From: Auanema rhodensis
Taxonomy: Eukaryota; Animalia; Nematoda
Length of the DNA: 64,000 bases
Assembly: GCA_964057225.1 (NCBI GenBank)
Contig: OZ059897.1
Coordinates: forward strand, 17,484,001 to 17,548,000
Direction: 5' to 3'
Shown here: positions 17,101 to 32,100 of the stretch, in pieces
Layout: the number at the start of each line of letters is the position of its first letter
Numbering within the stretch: position 1 is the stretch's first letter
Program-made: the position numbers and the translations under genes
The notes under the pieces: generated by a model
The model's database searches: none
What the model was told of the DNA's origin: nothing
Seen by the model: only the letters and a program-made list of their open reading frames with translations

Positions 17101-20100
17101 CGTTTGAAAAATGATGCATTAGTGTATGTTGAGTTTCCATGTACACTCAACATTGCTTCCAAAAACATTTTGACAAAAATTTTTTCGAAAAATTTCAAGA
17201 TAATTTAGCAAAAAGTAGATGTTTTTAGATTCCTTTTTTCAAGGCAAAGACGATGGACAATGTTATTCAACGAAAAAATTAATTCTTCAGGGTGAAAATC
17301 GAGGATATAAGTGTGAACTTATATCAGTTGATATCTCGGTGCATTTTTAAGCTAGCGCAAATCTGATAACACAGATCGACGCAGCTTAAAAATCCGCATC
17401 GAATGCACTATACTACATTGAGAAACGCTTAATACAAAAATTAGTTATGATCGTTTGAAAAATGATGCATTAGTGTATGTTGAGTTTCCATGTACACTCA
17501 ACATTGCTTCCAAAAACATTTTGACAAAAATTTTTTCGAAAAATTTCAAGATAATTTAGCAAAAAGTAGATGTTTTTAGATTCCTTTTTTCAAGGCAAAG
17601 ACGATGGACAATGTTATTCAACGAAAAAATTAATTCTTCAGGGTGAAAATCGAGGATATAAGTGTGAACTTATATCAGTTGATATCTCGGTGCATTTTTA
17701 AGCTAGCGCAAATCTGATAACACAGATCGACGCAGCTTAAAAATCCGCATCGAATGCACTATACTACATTGAGAAACGCTTAATACAAAAATTAGTTATG
17801 ATCGTTTGAAAAATGATGCATTAGTGTATGTTGAGTTTCCATGTACACTCAACATTGCTTCCAAAAACATTTTGACAAAAATTTTTTCGAAAAATTTCAA
17901 GATAATTTAGCAAAAAGTAGATGTTTTTAGATTCCTTTTTTCAAGGCAAAGACGATGGACAATGTTATTCAACGAAAAAATTAATTCTTCAGGGTGAAAA
18001 TCGAGGATATAAGTGTGAACTTATATCAGTTGATATCTCGGTGCATTTTTAAGCTAGCGCAAATCTGATAACACAGATCGACGCAGCTTAAAAATCCGCA
18101 TCGAATGCACTATACTACATTGAGAAACGCTTAATACAAAAATTAGTTATAATCGTTTGAAAAATGATGCATTAGTGTATGTTGAGTTTCCATGTACACT
18201 CAACATTGCTTCCAAAAACATTTTGACAAAAATTTTTTCGAAAAATTTCAAGATAATTTAGCGAAAAGTAGATGTTTTTAGATTCCTTTTTTCAAGGCAA
18301 AGACGATGGACAATGTTATTCAACGAAAAAAGTAATTCTTCAGGGTGAAAATCGAGGATATAAGTGTGAACTTATATCAGTTGATATCTCGGTGCATTTT
18401 TAAGCTAGCGCAAATCTGATAAAACAGATCGACGCAGCTTAAAAATCCGCATCGAATGCACTATACTACATTGAGAAACGCTTAATACAAAAATTAGTTA
18501 TGATCGTTTGAAAAATGATGCATTAGTGTATGTTGAGTTTCCATGTACACTCAACATTGCTTCCAAAAACATTTTGACAAAAATTTTTTCGAAAAATTTC
18601 AAAATAATTTAGCAAAAAGTAGATGTTTTTAGATTCCTTTTTTCAAAGCAAAGACGATGGACAATGTTATTCAACGAAAAAATTTATTCTTCAGGGTGAA
18701 AATCGAGGATATAAGTGTGAACTTATATCAGTTGATATCTCGGTGCATTTTTAAGCTAGCGCAAATCTGATAACACAGATCGACGCAGCTTAAAAATCCG
18801 CATCGAATGCACTATACTACATTGAGAAACGCTTAATACAAAAATTAGTTATGATCGTTTGAAAAATGATGCATTAGTGTATGTTGAGTTTCCATGTACA
18901 CTCAACATTGCTTCCAAAAACATTTTGACAAAAATTTTTTCGAAAAATTTCAAGATAATTTAGCAAAAAGTAGATGTTTTTAGATTCCTTTTTTCAAGGC
19001 AAAGACGATGGACAATGTTATTCAACGAAAAAATTAATTCTTCAGGGTGAAAATCGAGGATATAAGTGTGAACTTATATCAGTTGATATCTCGGTGCATT
19101 TTTAAGCTAGCGCAAGTCTGATAACACAGATCGACGCAGCTTAAAAATCCGCATCGAATGCACTATACTACATTGAGAAACGCTTAATACAAAAATTAGT
19201 TATGATCGTTTGAAAAATGATGCATTAGTGTATGTTGAGTTTCCATGTACACTCAACATTGCTTCCAAAAACATTTTGACAAAAATTTTTTCGAAAAATT
19301 TCAAGATAATTTAGCAAAAAGTAGATGTTTTTAGATTCCTTTTTTCAAGGCAAAGACGATGGACAATGTTATTCAACGAAAAAATTAATTCTTCAGGGTG
19401 AAAATCGAGGATATAAGTGTGAACTTATATCAGTTGATATCTCGGTGCATTTTTAAGCTAGCGCAAGTCTGATAACACAGATCGACGCAGCTTAAAAATC
19501 CGCATCGAATGCACTATACTACATTGAGAAACGCTTAATACAAAAATTAGTTATGATCGTTTGAAAAATGATTCATTAGTGTATGTTGAGTTTCCATGTA
19601 CACTCAACATTGCTTCCAAAAACATTTTGACAAAACTTTTTTCGAAAAATTTCAAGATAATTTAGCAAAAAGTAGATGTTTTTAGATTCCTTTTTTCAAG
19701 GCAAAGACGATGGACAATGTTATTCAACGAAAAAATTAATTCTTCAGGGTGAAAATCGAGGATATAAGTGTGAACTTATATCAGTTGATATCTCGGTGCA
19801 TTTTTAAGCTAGCGCAAGTCTGATAACACAGATCGACGCAGCTTAAAAATCCGCATCGAATGCACTATACTACATTGAGAAACGCTTGATACAAAAATTA
19901 GTTATGATCGTTTGAAAAATGATGCATTAGTGTATGTTGAGTTTCCATGTACACTCAACATTGCTTCCAAAAACATTTTGACAAAAATTTTTTCGAAAAA
20001 TTTCAAAATAATTTAGCAAAAAGTAGATGTTTTTAGATTCCTTTTTTCAAGGCAAAGACGATGGACAATGTTATTCAACGAAAAAATTTATTCTTCAGGG

Positions 20101-23100
20101 TGAACATCGAGGATATAAGTGTGAACTTATATCAGTTGATATCTCGGTGCATTTTTAAGCTAGCGCAAATCTGATAACACAGATCGACGCAGCTTAAAAA
20201 TCCGCATCGAATGCACTATACTACATTGAGAAACGCTTAATACAAAAATTAGTTATGATCGTTTGAAAAATGATGCATTAGTGTATGTTGAGTTTCCATG
20301 TACACTCAACATTGCTTCCAAAAACATTTTGACAAAAATTTTTTCGAAAAATTTCAAAATATTTTAGCAAAAAGTAGATGTTTTTAGATTCCTTTTTTCA
20401 CGGCAAAGACGATGGACAATGTTATTCAACGAAAAAAACAATTCTTCAGGGTGAAAATCGAGGATATAAGTGTGAACTTATATCAGTTGATATATCGGTG
20501 CATTTTTAAGCTAGCGCAAATCTGATAACACAGATCGACGCAGCTTAAAAATCCGCATCGAATGCACTATACTACATTGAGAAACGCTTAATACAAAAAT
20601 TAGTTATGATCGTTTGAAAAATGATGCATTAGTGTATGTTGAGTTTCCATGTACACTCAACATTGCTTCCAAAAACATTTTGACAAAAATTTTTTCGAAA
20701 AATTTCAAGATAATTTAGCAAAAAGTAGATGTTTTTAGATTCCTTTTTTCAAGGCAAAGACGATGGACAATGTTATTCAACGAAAAAATTAATTCTTCAG
20801 GGTGAAAATCGAGGATATAAGTGTGAACTTATATCAATTGATATCTCGGTGCATTTTTAAGCTAGCGCAAATCTGATAACACAGATCGACGCAGCTTAAA
20901 AATCCGCATCGAATGCACTATACTACATTGAGAAACGCTTAATACAAAAATTAGTTATGATCGTTTGAAAAATGATGCATTAGTGTATGTTGAGTTTCCA
21001 TGTACACTCAACATTGCTTCCAAAAACATTTTGACAAAAATTTTTTCCAAAAATTTCAAGATAATTTAGCGAAAAGTAGATGTTTTTAGATTCCTTTTTT
21101 CAAGGCAAAGACGATGGACAATGTTATTCAACGAAAAAATTAATTCTTCAGGGTGAAAATCGAGGATATAAGTGTGAACTTATATCAGTTGATATCTCGG
21201 TGCATTTTTAAGCTAGCGCAAATCTGATAACACAGATCGACGCAGCTTAAAAATCCGCATCGAATGCACTATACTACATTGAGAAACGCTTAATACAAAA
21301 ATTAGTTATGATCGTTTGAAAAATGATGCATTAGTGTATGTTGAGTTTCCATGTACACTCAACATTGCTTCCAAAAACATTTTGACAAAAATTTTTTCGA
21401 AAAATTTCAAAATAATGTAGCGAAAAGTAGATGTTTTTAGATTCCTTTTTTCAAGGCAAAGACGATGGACAATGTTATTCAACGAAAAAATTTATTCTTC
21501 AGGGTGAAAATCGAGGATATAAGTGTGAACTTATATCAGTTGATATATCGGTGCATTTTTAAGCTAGCGCAAATCTGATAACACAGATCGACGCAGCTTA
21601 AAAATCTGCATCGAATGCACTATACTACATTGAGAAACGCTTAATACAAAAATTAGTTATGATCGTTTGAAAAATGATTCATTAGTGTATGTTGAGTTTC
21701 CATGTACACTCAACATTGCTTCCAAAAACATTTTGACAAAACTTTTTTCGAAAAATTTCAAGATAATTTAGCAAAAAGTAGATGTTTTTAGATTCCTTTT
21801 TTCAAGGCAAAGACGATGGACAATGTTATTCAACGAAAAAATTAATTCTCCAGGGTGAAAATCGAGGATATAAGTGTGAACTTATATCAGTTGATATCTC
21901 GGTGCATTTTTAAGCTAGCGCAAATCTGATAACACAGATCGACGCAGCTTAAAAATCCGCATCGAATGCACTATACTACATTGAGAAACGCTTAATACAA
22001 AAATTAGTTATGATCGTTTGAAAAATGATGCATTAGTGTATGTTGAGTTTCCATGTACACTCAACATTGCTTCCAAAAACATTTTGACAAAAATTTTTTC
22101 GAAAAATTTCAAAATAATTTAGCGAAAAGTAGATGTTTTTAGATTCCTTTTTTCAAGGCAAAGACGATGGACAATGTTATTCAACGAAAAAATTTATTCT
22201 TCAGGGTGAAAATCGAGGATATAAGTGTGAACTTATATCAGTTGATATCTCGGTGCATTTTTAAGCTAGCGCAAATCTGATAACACAGATCGACGCAGCT
22301 TAAAAATCCGCATCGAATGCACTATACTACATTGAGAAACGCTTGATACAAAAATTAGTTCTGATCGTTTGAAAAATGATGCATTAGTGTATGTTGAGTT
22401 TCCATGTACACTCAACATTGCTTCCAAAAACATTTTGACAAAAATTTTTTCGAAAAATTTCAAGATAATTTAGCAAAAAGTAGATGTTTTTAGATTCCTT
22501 TTTTCAAGGCAAAGACGATGGACAATGTTATTCAACGAAAAAATTAATTCTTCAGGGTGAAAATCGAGGATATAAGTGTGAACTTATATCAGTTGATATC
22601 TCGGTGCATTTTTAAGCTAGCGCAAATCTGATAACACAGATCGACGCAGCTTAAAAATCCGCATCGAATGCACTATACTACATTGAGAAACGCTTAATAC
22701 AAAAATTAGTTATGATCGTTTGAAAAATGATGCATTAGTGTATGTTGAGTTTCCATGTACACTCAACATTGCTTCCAAAAACATTTTGACAAAAATTTTT
22801 TCGAAAAATTTCAAAATAATTTAGCAAAAAGTAGATGTTTTTAGATTCCTTTTTTCAAGGCAAAGACGATGGACAATGTTATTCAACGAAAAAATTTATT
22901 CTTCAGGGTGAAAATTGAGGATATAAGTGTGAACTTATATCAGTTGATATATTGGTGCATTTTTAAGCTAGCGCAAATCTGATAACACAGATCGACGCAG
23001 CTTAAAAATCCGCATCGAATGCACTATACTACATTGAGAAACGCCTAATACAAAAATTAGTTATGATCGTTTGAAAAATGATGCATTAGTGTATGTTGAG

Positions 23101-26100
23101 TTTCCATGTACACTCAACATTGCTTCCATAAACATTTTGACAAAAATTTTTTCGAAAAATTTCAAAATAATTTAGCAAAAAGTAGATGTTTTTAGATTCC
23201 TTTTTTCAAGGCAAAGACGATGGACAATGTTATTCAACGAAAAAATTTATTCTTCAGGGTGAAAATCGAGGATATAAGTGTGAACTTATATCAGTTGATA
23301 TATCGGTGCATTTTTAAGCTAGCGCAAATCTGATAACACAGATCGACGCAGCTTAAAAATCCGCATCGAATGCACTATACTACATTGAGAAACGCTTAAT
23401 ACAAAAATTAGTTATGATCGTTTGAAAAATGATGCATTAGTGTATGTTGAGTTTCCATGTACACTCAACATTGCTTCCAAAAACATTTTGACAAAAATTT
23501 TTTCGAAAAATTTCAAGATAATTTAGCAAAAAGTAGATGTTTTTAGATTCCTTTTTTCAAGGCAAAGACGATGGACAATGTTATTCAATGAAAAAATTAA
23601 TTCTTCAGGGTGAAAATCGAGGATATAAGTGTGAACTTATATCAGTTGATATCTCGGTGCATTTTTAAGCTAGCGCAAATCTGATAACACAGATCGACGC
23701 AGCTTAAAAATCCGCATCGAATGCACTATACTACATTGAGAAACGCTTAATACAAAAATTAGTTATGATCGTTTGAAAAATGATGCATTAGTGTATGTTG
23801 AGTTTCCATGTACACTCAACATTGCTTCCAAAAACATTTTGACAAAAATTTTTTCGAAAAATTTCAAAATAATTTAGCAAAAAGTAGATGTTTTTAGATT
23901 CCTTTTTTCAAGGCAAAGACGATGGACAATGTTATTCAACGAAAAAAACAATTCTTCAGGGTGAAAATCGAGGATATAAGTGTGAACTTATATCAGTTGA
24001 TATATCGGTGCATTTTTAAGTTAGCGCAAATCTGATAACACAGATCGACGCAGCTTAAAAATCCGCATCGAATGCACTATACTACATTGAGAAACGCTTA
24101 ATACAAAAATTAGTTATGATCGTTTGAAAAATGATGCATTAGTGTATGTTGAGTTTCCATGTACACTCAACATTGCTTCCAAAAACATTTTGACAAAAAT
24201 TTTTTCGAAAAATTTCAAAATAATTTAGCAAAAAGTAGATGTTTTTAGATTCCTTTTTTCAAGGCAAAGACGATGGACAATGTTATTCAACGAAAAAATT
24301 AATTCTTCAGGGTGAAAATCGAGGATATAAGTGTGAACTTATATCAGTTGATATCTCGGTGCATTTTTAAGCTAGCGCAAGTCTGATAACACAGATCGAC
24401 GCAGCTTAAAAATCCGCATCGAATGCACTATACTACATTGAGAAACGCTTGATACAAAAATTAGTTATGATCGTTTGAAAAATGATGCATTAGTGTATGT
24501 TGAGTTTCCATGTACACTCAACATTGCTTCCAAAAACATTTTGACAAAAATTTTTTCGAAAAATTTCAAAATAATTTAGCAAAAAGTAGATGTTTTTAGA
24601 TTCCTTTTTTCAAGGCAAAGACGATGGACAATGTTATTCAACGAAAAAAACAATTCTTCAGGGTGAAAATCGAGGATATAAGTGTGAACTTATATCAGTT
24701 GATATATCGGTGCATTTTTAAGCTAGCGCAAATCTGATAACACAGATCGACGCAGCTTAAAAATCCGCATCGAATGCACTATACTACATTGAGAAACGCT
24801 TAATACAAAAATTAGTTATGATCGTTTGAAAAATGATGCATTAGTGTATGTTGAGTTTCCATGTACACTCAACATTGCTTCCAAAAACATTTTGACAAAA
24901 ATTTTTTCGAAAAATTTCAAAATAATTTAGCAAAAAGTAGATGTTTTTAGATTCCTTTTTTCAAGGCAAAGACGATGGACAATGTTATTCAACGAAAAAA
25001 ACAATTCTTCAGGGTGAAAATCGAGGATATAAGTGTGAACTTATATCAGTTGATATATCGGTGCATTTTTAAGCTAGCGCAAATCTGATAACACAGATCG
25101 ACGCAGCTTAAAAATCCGCATCGAATGCACTATACTACATTGAGAAACGCTTGATACAAAAATTAGTTCTGATCGTTTGAAAAATGATGCATTAGTGTAT
25201 GTTGAGTTTCCATGTACACTCAACATTGCTTCCAAAAACATTTTGACAAAAATTTTTTCGAAAAATTTCAAGATAATTTAGCAAAAAGTAGATGTTTTTA
25301 GATTCCTTTTTTCAAGGCAAAGACGATGGACAATGTTATTCAACGAAAAAATTTATTCTTCAGGGTGAAAATCGAGGATATAAGTGTGAACTTATATCAG
25401 TTGATATATTGGTGCATTTTTAAGCTAGCGCAAATCTGATAACACAGATCGACGCAGCTTAAAAATCCGCATCGAATGCACTATACTACATTGAGAAACG
25501 CTTAATACAAAAATTAGTTATGATCGTTTGAAAAATGATGCATTAGTGTATGTTGAGTTTCCATGTACACTCAACATTGCTTCCAAAAACATTTTGACAA
25601 AAATTTTTTCGAAAAATTTCAAGATAATTTAGCAAAAAGTAGATGTTTTTAGATTCCTTTTTTCAAGGCAAAGACGATGGACAATGTTATTCAACGAAAA
25701 AAACAATTCTTCAGGGTGAAAATCGAGGATATAAGTGTGAACTTATATCAGTTGATATATCGGTGCATTTTTAAGCTAGCGCAAATCTGATAACACAGAT
25801 CGACGCAGCTTAAAAATCCGCATCGAATGCACTATACTACATTGAGAAACGCTTGATACAAAAATTAGTTCTGATCGTTTGAAAAATGATGCATTAGTGT
25901 ATGTTGAGTTTCCATGTACACTCAACATTGCTTCCAAAAACATTTTGACAAAAATTTTTTCGAAAAATTTCAAAATAATTTAGCAAAAAGTAGATGTTTT
26001 TAGATTCCTTTTTTCAAGGCAAAGACGATGGACAATGTTATTCAACGAAAAAATTTATTCTTCAGGGTGAAAATCGAGGATATAAGTGTGAACTTATATC

Positions 26101-29100
26101 AGTTGATATCTCGGTGCATTTTTAAGCTAGCGCAAATCTGATAACACAGATCGACGCAGCTTAAAAATCCGCATCGAATGCACTATACTACATTGAGAAA
26201 CGCTTAATACAAAAATTAGTTATGATCGTTTGAAAAATGATGCATCAGTGTATGTTGAGTTTCCATGTACACTCAACATTGCTTCCAAAAACATTTTGAC
26301 AAAACTTTTTTCGAAAAATTTCAAGATAATTTAGCAAAAAGTAGATGTTTTTAGATTCCTTTTTTCAAGGCAAAGACGATGGACAATGTTATTCAACGAA
26401 AAAAACAATTCTTCAGGGTGAAAATCGAGGATATAAGTGTGAACTTATATCAGTTGATATCTCGGTGCATTTTTAAGCTAGCGCAAATCTGATAACACAG
26501 ATCGACGCAGCTTAAAAATCCGCATCGAATGCACTATACTACATTGAGAAACGCTTAATACAAAAATTAGTTATGATCGTTTGAAAAATGATGCATCAGT
26601 GTATGTTGAGTTTCCATGTACACTCAACATTGCTTCCAAAAACATTTTGACAAAACTTTTTTCGAAAAATTTCAAGATAATTTAGCAAAAAGTAGATGTT
26701 TTTAGATTCCTTTTTTCAAGGCAAAGACGATGGACAATGTTATTCAACGAAAAAAACAATTCTTCAGGGTGAAAATCGAGGATATAAGTGTGAACTTATA
26801 TCAGTTGATATATCGGTGCATTTTTAAGCTAGCGCAAATCTGATAACACAGATCGACGCAGCTTACAAATCCGCATCGAATGCACTATACTACATTGAGA
26901 AACGCTTAATACAAAAATTAGTTATGATCGTTTGAAAAATGATGCATTAGTGTATGTTGAGTTTCCATGTACACTCAACATTGCTTCCAAAAACATTTTG
27001 ACAAAAATTTTTTCGAAAAATTTCAAAATAATTTAGCAAAAAGTAGATGTTTTTAGATTCCTTTTTTCAAGGCAAAGACGATGGACAATGTTATTCAACG
27101 AAAAAATTTATTCTTCAGGGTGAAAATCGAGGATATAAGTGTGAACTTATATCAGTTGATATCTCGGTGTATTTTTAAGCTAGCGCAAGTCTGATAACAC
27201 AGATCGACGCAGCTTAAAAATCCGCATCGAATGCACTATACTACATTGAGAAACGCTTAATACAAAAATTAGTTATGATCGTTTGAAAAATGATGCATTA
27301 GTGTATGTTGAGTTTCCATGTACACTCAACATTGCTTCCAAAAACATTTTGACAAAACTTTTTTCGAAAAATTTCAAGATAATTTAGCAAAAAGTAGATG
27401 TTTTTAGATTCCTTTTTTCAAGGCAAAGACGATGGACAATGTTATTCAACGAAAAAAACAATTCTTCAGGGTGAAAATCGAGGATATAAGTGTGAACTTA
27501 TATCAGTTGATATATCGGTGCATTTTTAAGCTAGCGCAAATCTGATAACACAGATCGACGCAGCTTACAAATCCGCATCGAATGCACTATACTACATTGA
27601 GAAACGCTTAATACAAAAATTAGTTATGATCGTTTGAAAAATGATGCATTAGTGTATGTTGAGTTTCCATGTACACTCAACATTGCTTCCAAAAACATTT
27701 TGACAAAAATTTTTTCGAAAAATTTCAAGATAATTTAGCAAAAAGTAGATGTTTTTAGATTCCTTTTTTCAAGGCAAAGACGATGGACAATGTTATTCAA
27801 CGAAAAAATTAATTCTTCAGGGTGAAAATCGAGGATATAAGTGTGAACTTATATCAGTTGATATCTCGGTGCATTTTTAAGCTAGCGCAAATCTGATAAC
27901 ACAGATCGACGTAGCTTAAAAATCCGCATCGAATGCACTATACTACATTGAGAAACGCTTAATACAAAAATTAGTTATGATCGTTTGAAAAATGATGCAT
28001 TAGTGTATGTTGAGTTTCCATGTACACTCAACATTGCTTCCAAAAACATTTTGACAAAAATTTTTTCGAAAAATTTCAAAATAATTTAGCAAAAAGTAGA
28101 TGTTTTTAGATTCCTTTTTTCAAGGCAAAGACGATGGACAATGTTATTCAACGAAAAAATTAATTCTTCAGGGTGAAAATCGAGGATATAAGTGTGAACT
28201 TATATCAGTTGATATCTCGGTGCATTTTTAAGCTAGCGCAAATCTGATAACACAGATCGACGTAGCTTGAAAATCCGCATCGAATGCACTATACTACATT
28301 GAGAAACGCTTAATACAAAAATTAGTTATGATCGTTTGAAAAATGATGCATTAGTGTATGTTGAGTTTCCATGTACACTCAACATTGCTTCCAAAAACAT
28401 TTTGACAAAATTTTTTTCGAAAAATTTCAAAATAATTTAGCAAAAAGTAGATGTTTTTAGATTCCTTTTTTCAAGGCAAAGACGATGGACAATGTTATTC
28501 AACGAAAAAATTAATTCTTCAGGGTGAAAATCGAGGATATAAGTGTGAACTTATATCAGTTGATATCTCGGTGCATTTTTAAGCTAGCGCAAATCTGATA
28601 ACACAGATCGACGTAGCTTAAAAATCCGCATCGAATGCACTATACTACATTGAGAAACGCTTAATACAAAAATTAGTTATGATCGTTTGAAAAATGATGC
28701 ATTAGTGTATGTTGAGTTTCCATGTACACTCAACATTGCTTCCAAAAACATTTTGACAAAATTTTTTTCGAAAAATTTCAAAATAATTTAGCAAAAAGTA
28801 GATGTTTTTAGATTCCTTTTTTCAAGGCAAAGACGATGGACAATGTTATTCAACGAAAAAAACAATTCTTCAGGGTGAAAATCGAGGATATAAGTGTGAA
28901 CTTATATCAGTTGATATATCGGTGCATTTTTAAGCTAGCGCAAATCTGATAACACAGATCGACGCAGCTTAAAAATCCGCATCGAATGCACTATACTACA
29001 TTGGGAAACGCTTGATACAAAAATTAGTTCTGATCGTTTGAAAAATGATGCATTAGTGTATGTTGAGTTTCCATGTACACTCAACATTGCTTCCAAAAAC

Positions 29101-32100
29101 ATTTTGACAAAAATTTTTTCGAAAAATTTCAAAATAATTTAGCAAAAAGTAGATGTTTTTAGATTCCTTTTTTCAAGGCAAAGACGATGGACAATGTTAT
29201 TCAACGAAAAAATTTATTCTTCAGGGTGAAAATCGAGGATATAAGTGTGAACTTATATCAGTTGATATCTCGGTGCATTTTTAAGCTAGCGCAAATCTGA
29301 TAACACAGATCGACGCAGCTTAAAAATCCGCATCGAATGCACTATACTACATTGAGAAACGCTTAATACAAAAATTAGTTATGATCGTTTGAAAAATGAT
29401 GCATTAGTGTATGTTGAGTTTCCATGTACACTCAACATTGCTTCCAAAAACATTTTGACAAAAATTTTTTCGAAAAATTTCAAGATAATTTAGCAAAAAG
29501 TAGATGTTTTTAGATTCCTTTTTTCAAGGCAAAGACGATGGACAATGTTATTCAACGAAAAAATTAATTCTTCAGGGTGAAAATCGAGGATATAAGTGTG
29601 AACTTATATCAGTTGATATCTCGGTGCATTTTTAAGCTAGCGCAAATCTGATAACACAGATCGACGTAGCTTAAAAATCCGCATCGAATGCACTATACTA
29701 CATTGAGAAACGCTTAATACAAAAATTAGTTATGATCGTTTGAAAAATGATGCATTAGTGTATGTTGAGTTTCCATGTACACTCAACATTGCTTCCAAAA
29801 ACATTTTGACAAAAATTTTTTCGAAAAATTTCAAAATAATTTAGCAAAAAGTAGATGTTTTTAGATTCCTTTTTTCAAGGCAAAGACGATGGACAATGTT
29901 ATTCAACGAAAAAATTAATTCTTCAGGGTGAAAATCGAGGATATAAGTGTGAACTTATATCAGTTGATATCTCGGTGCATTTTTAAGCTAGCGCAAATCT
30001 GATAACACAGATCGACGTAGCTTAAAAATCCGCATCGAATGCACTATACTACATTGAGAAACGCTTAATACAAAAATTAGTTATGATCGTTTGAAAAATG
30101 ATGCATTAGTGTATGTTGAGTTTCCATGTACACTCAACATTGCTTCCAAAAACATTTTGACAAAAATTTTTTCGAAAAATTTCAAAATAATTTAGCAAAA
30201 AGTAGATGTTTTTAGATTCCTTTTTTCAAGGCAAAGACGATGGACAATGTTATTCAACGAAAAAAACAATTCTTCAGGGTGAAAATCGAGGATATAAGTG
30301 TGAACTTATATCAGTTGATATATCGGTGCATTTTTAAGCTAGCGCAAATCTGATAACACAGATCGACGCAGCTTAAAAATCCGCATCGAATGCACTATAC
30401 TACATTGAGAAACGCTTGATACAAAAATTAGTTCTGATCGTTTGAAAAATGATGCATTAGTGTATGTTGAGTTTCCATGTACACTCAACATTGCTTCCAA
30501 AAACATTTTGACAAAAATTTTTTCGAAAAATTTCAAAATAATTTAGCAAAAAGTAGATGTTTTTAGATTCCTTTTTTCAAGGCAAAGACGATGGACAATG
30601 TTATTCAACGAAAAAATTAATTCTTCAGGGTGAAAATCGAGGATATAAGTGTGAACTTATATCAGTTGATATCTCGGTGCATTTTTAAGCTAGCGCAAAT
30701 CTGATAACACAGATCGACGTAGCTTAAAAATCCGCATCGAATGCACTATACTACATTGAGAAACGCTTAATACAAAAATTAGTTATGATCGTTTGAAAAA
30801 TGATGCATTAGTGTATGTTGAGTTTCCATGTACACTCAACATTGCTTCCAAAAACATTTTGACAAAAATTTTTTCGAAAAATTTCAAAATAATTTAGCAA
30901 AAAGTAGATGTTTTTAGATTCCTTTTTTCAAGGCAAAGACGATGGACAATGTTATTCAACGAAAAAAACAATTCTTCAGGGTGAAAATCGAGGATATAAG
31001 TGTGAACTTATATCAGTTGATATATCGGTGCATTTTTAAGCTAGCGCAAATCTGATAACACAGATCGACGCAGCTTAAAAATCCGCATCGAATGCACTAT
31101 ACTACATTGAGAAACGCTTGATACAAAAATTAGTTCTGATCGTTTGAAAAATGATGCATTAGTGTATGTTGAGTTTCCATGTACACTCAACATTGCTTCC
31201 AAAAACATTTTGACAAAAATTTTTTCGAAAAATTTCAAAATAATTTAGCAAAAAGTAGATGTTTTTAGATTCCTTTTATCAAGGCAAAGACGATGGACAA
31301 TGTTATTCAACGAAAAAATTTATTCTTCAGGGTGAAAATCGAGGATATAAGTGTGAACTTATATCAGTTGATATATCGGTGCATTTTTAAGCTAGCGCAA
31401 ATCTGATAACACAGATCGACGCAGCTTAAAAATCCGCATCGAATGCACTATACTACATTGAGAAACGCTTAATACAAAAATTAGTTATGATCGTTTGAAA
31501 AATGATGCATTAGTGTATGTTGAGTTTCCATGTACACTCAACATTGCTTCCAAAAACAATTTGACAAAACTTTTTTCGAAAAATTTCAAGATAATTTAGC
31601 AAAAAGTAGATGTTTTTAGATTCCTTTTTTCAAGGCAAAGACGATGGACAATGTTATTCAACGAAAAAAACAATTCTTCAGGGTGAAAATCGAGGATATA
31701 AGTGTGAACTTATATCAGTTGATATATCGGTGCATTTTTAAGCTAGCGCAAATCTGATAACACAGATCGACGCAGCTTACAAATCCGCATCGAATGCACT
31801 ATACTACATTGAGAAACGCTTAATACAAAAATTAGTTATGATCGTTTGAAAAATGATGCATTAGTGTATGTTGAGTTTCCATGTACACTCAACATTGCTT
31901 CCAAAAACATTTTGACAAAAATTTTTTCGAAAAATTTCAAAATAATTTAGCAAAAAGTAGATGTTTTTAGATTCCTTTTTTTAAGGCAAAGACGATGGAC
32001 AATGTTATTCAACGAAAAAATTAATTCTTCAGGGTGAAAATCGAGGATATAAGTGTGAACTTATATCAGTTGATATCTCGGTGCATTTTTAAGCTAGCGC

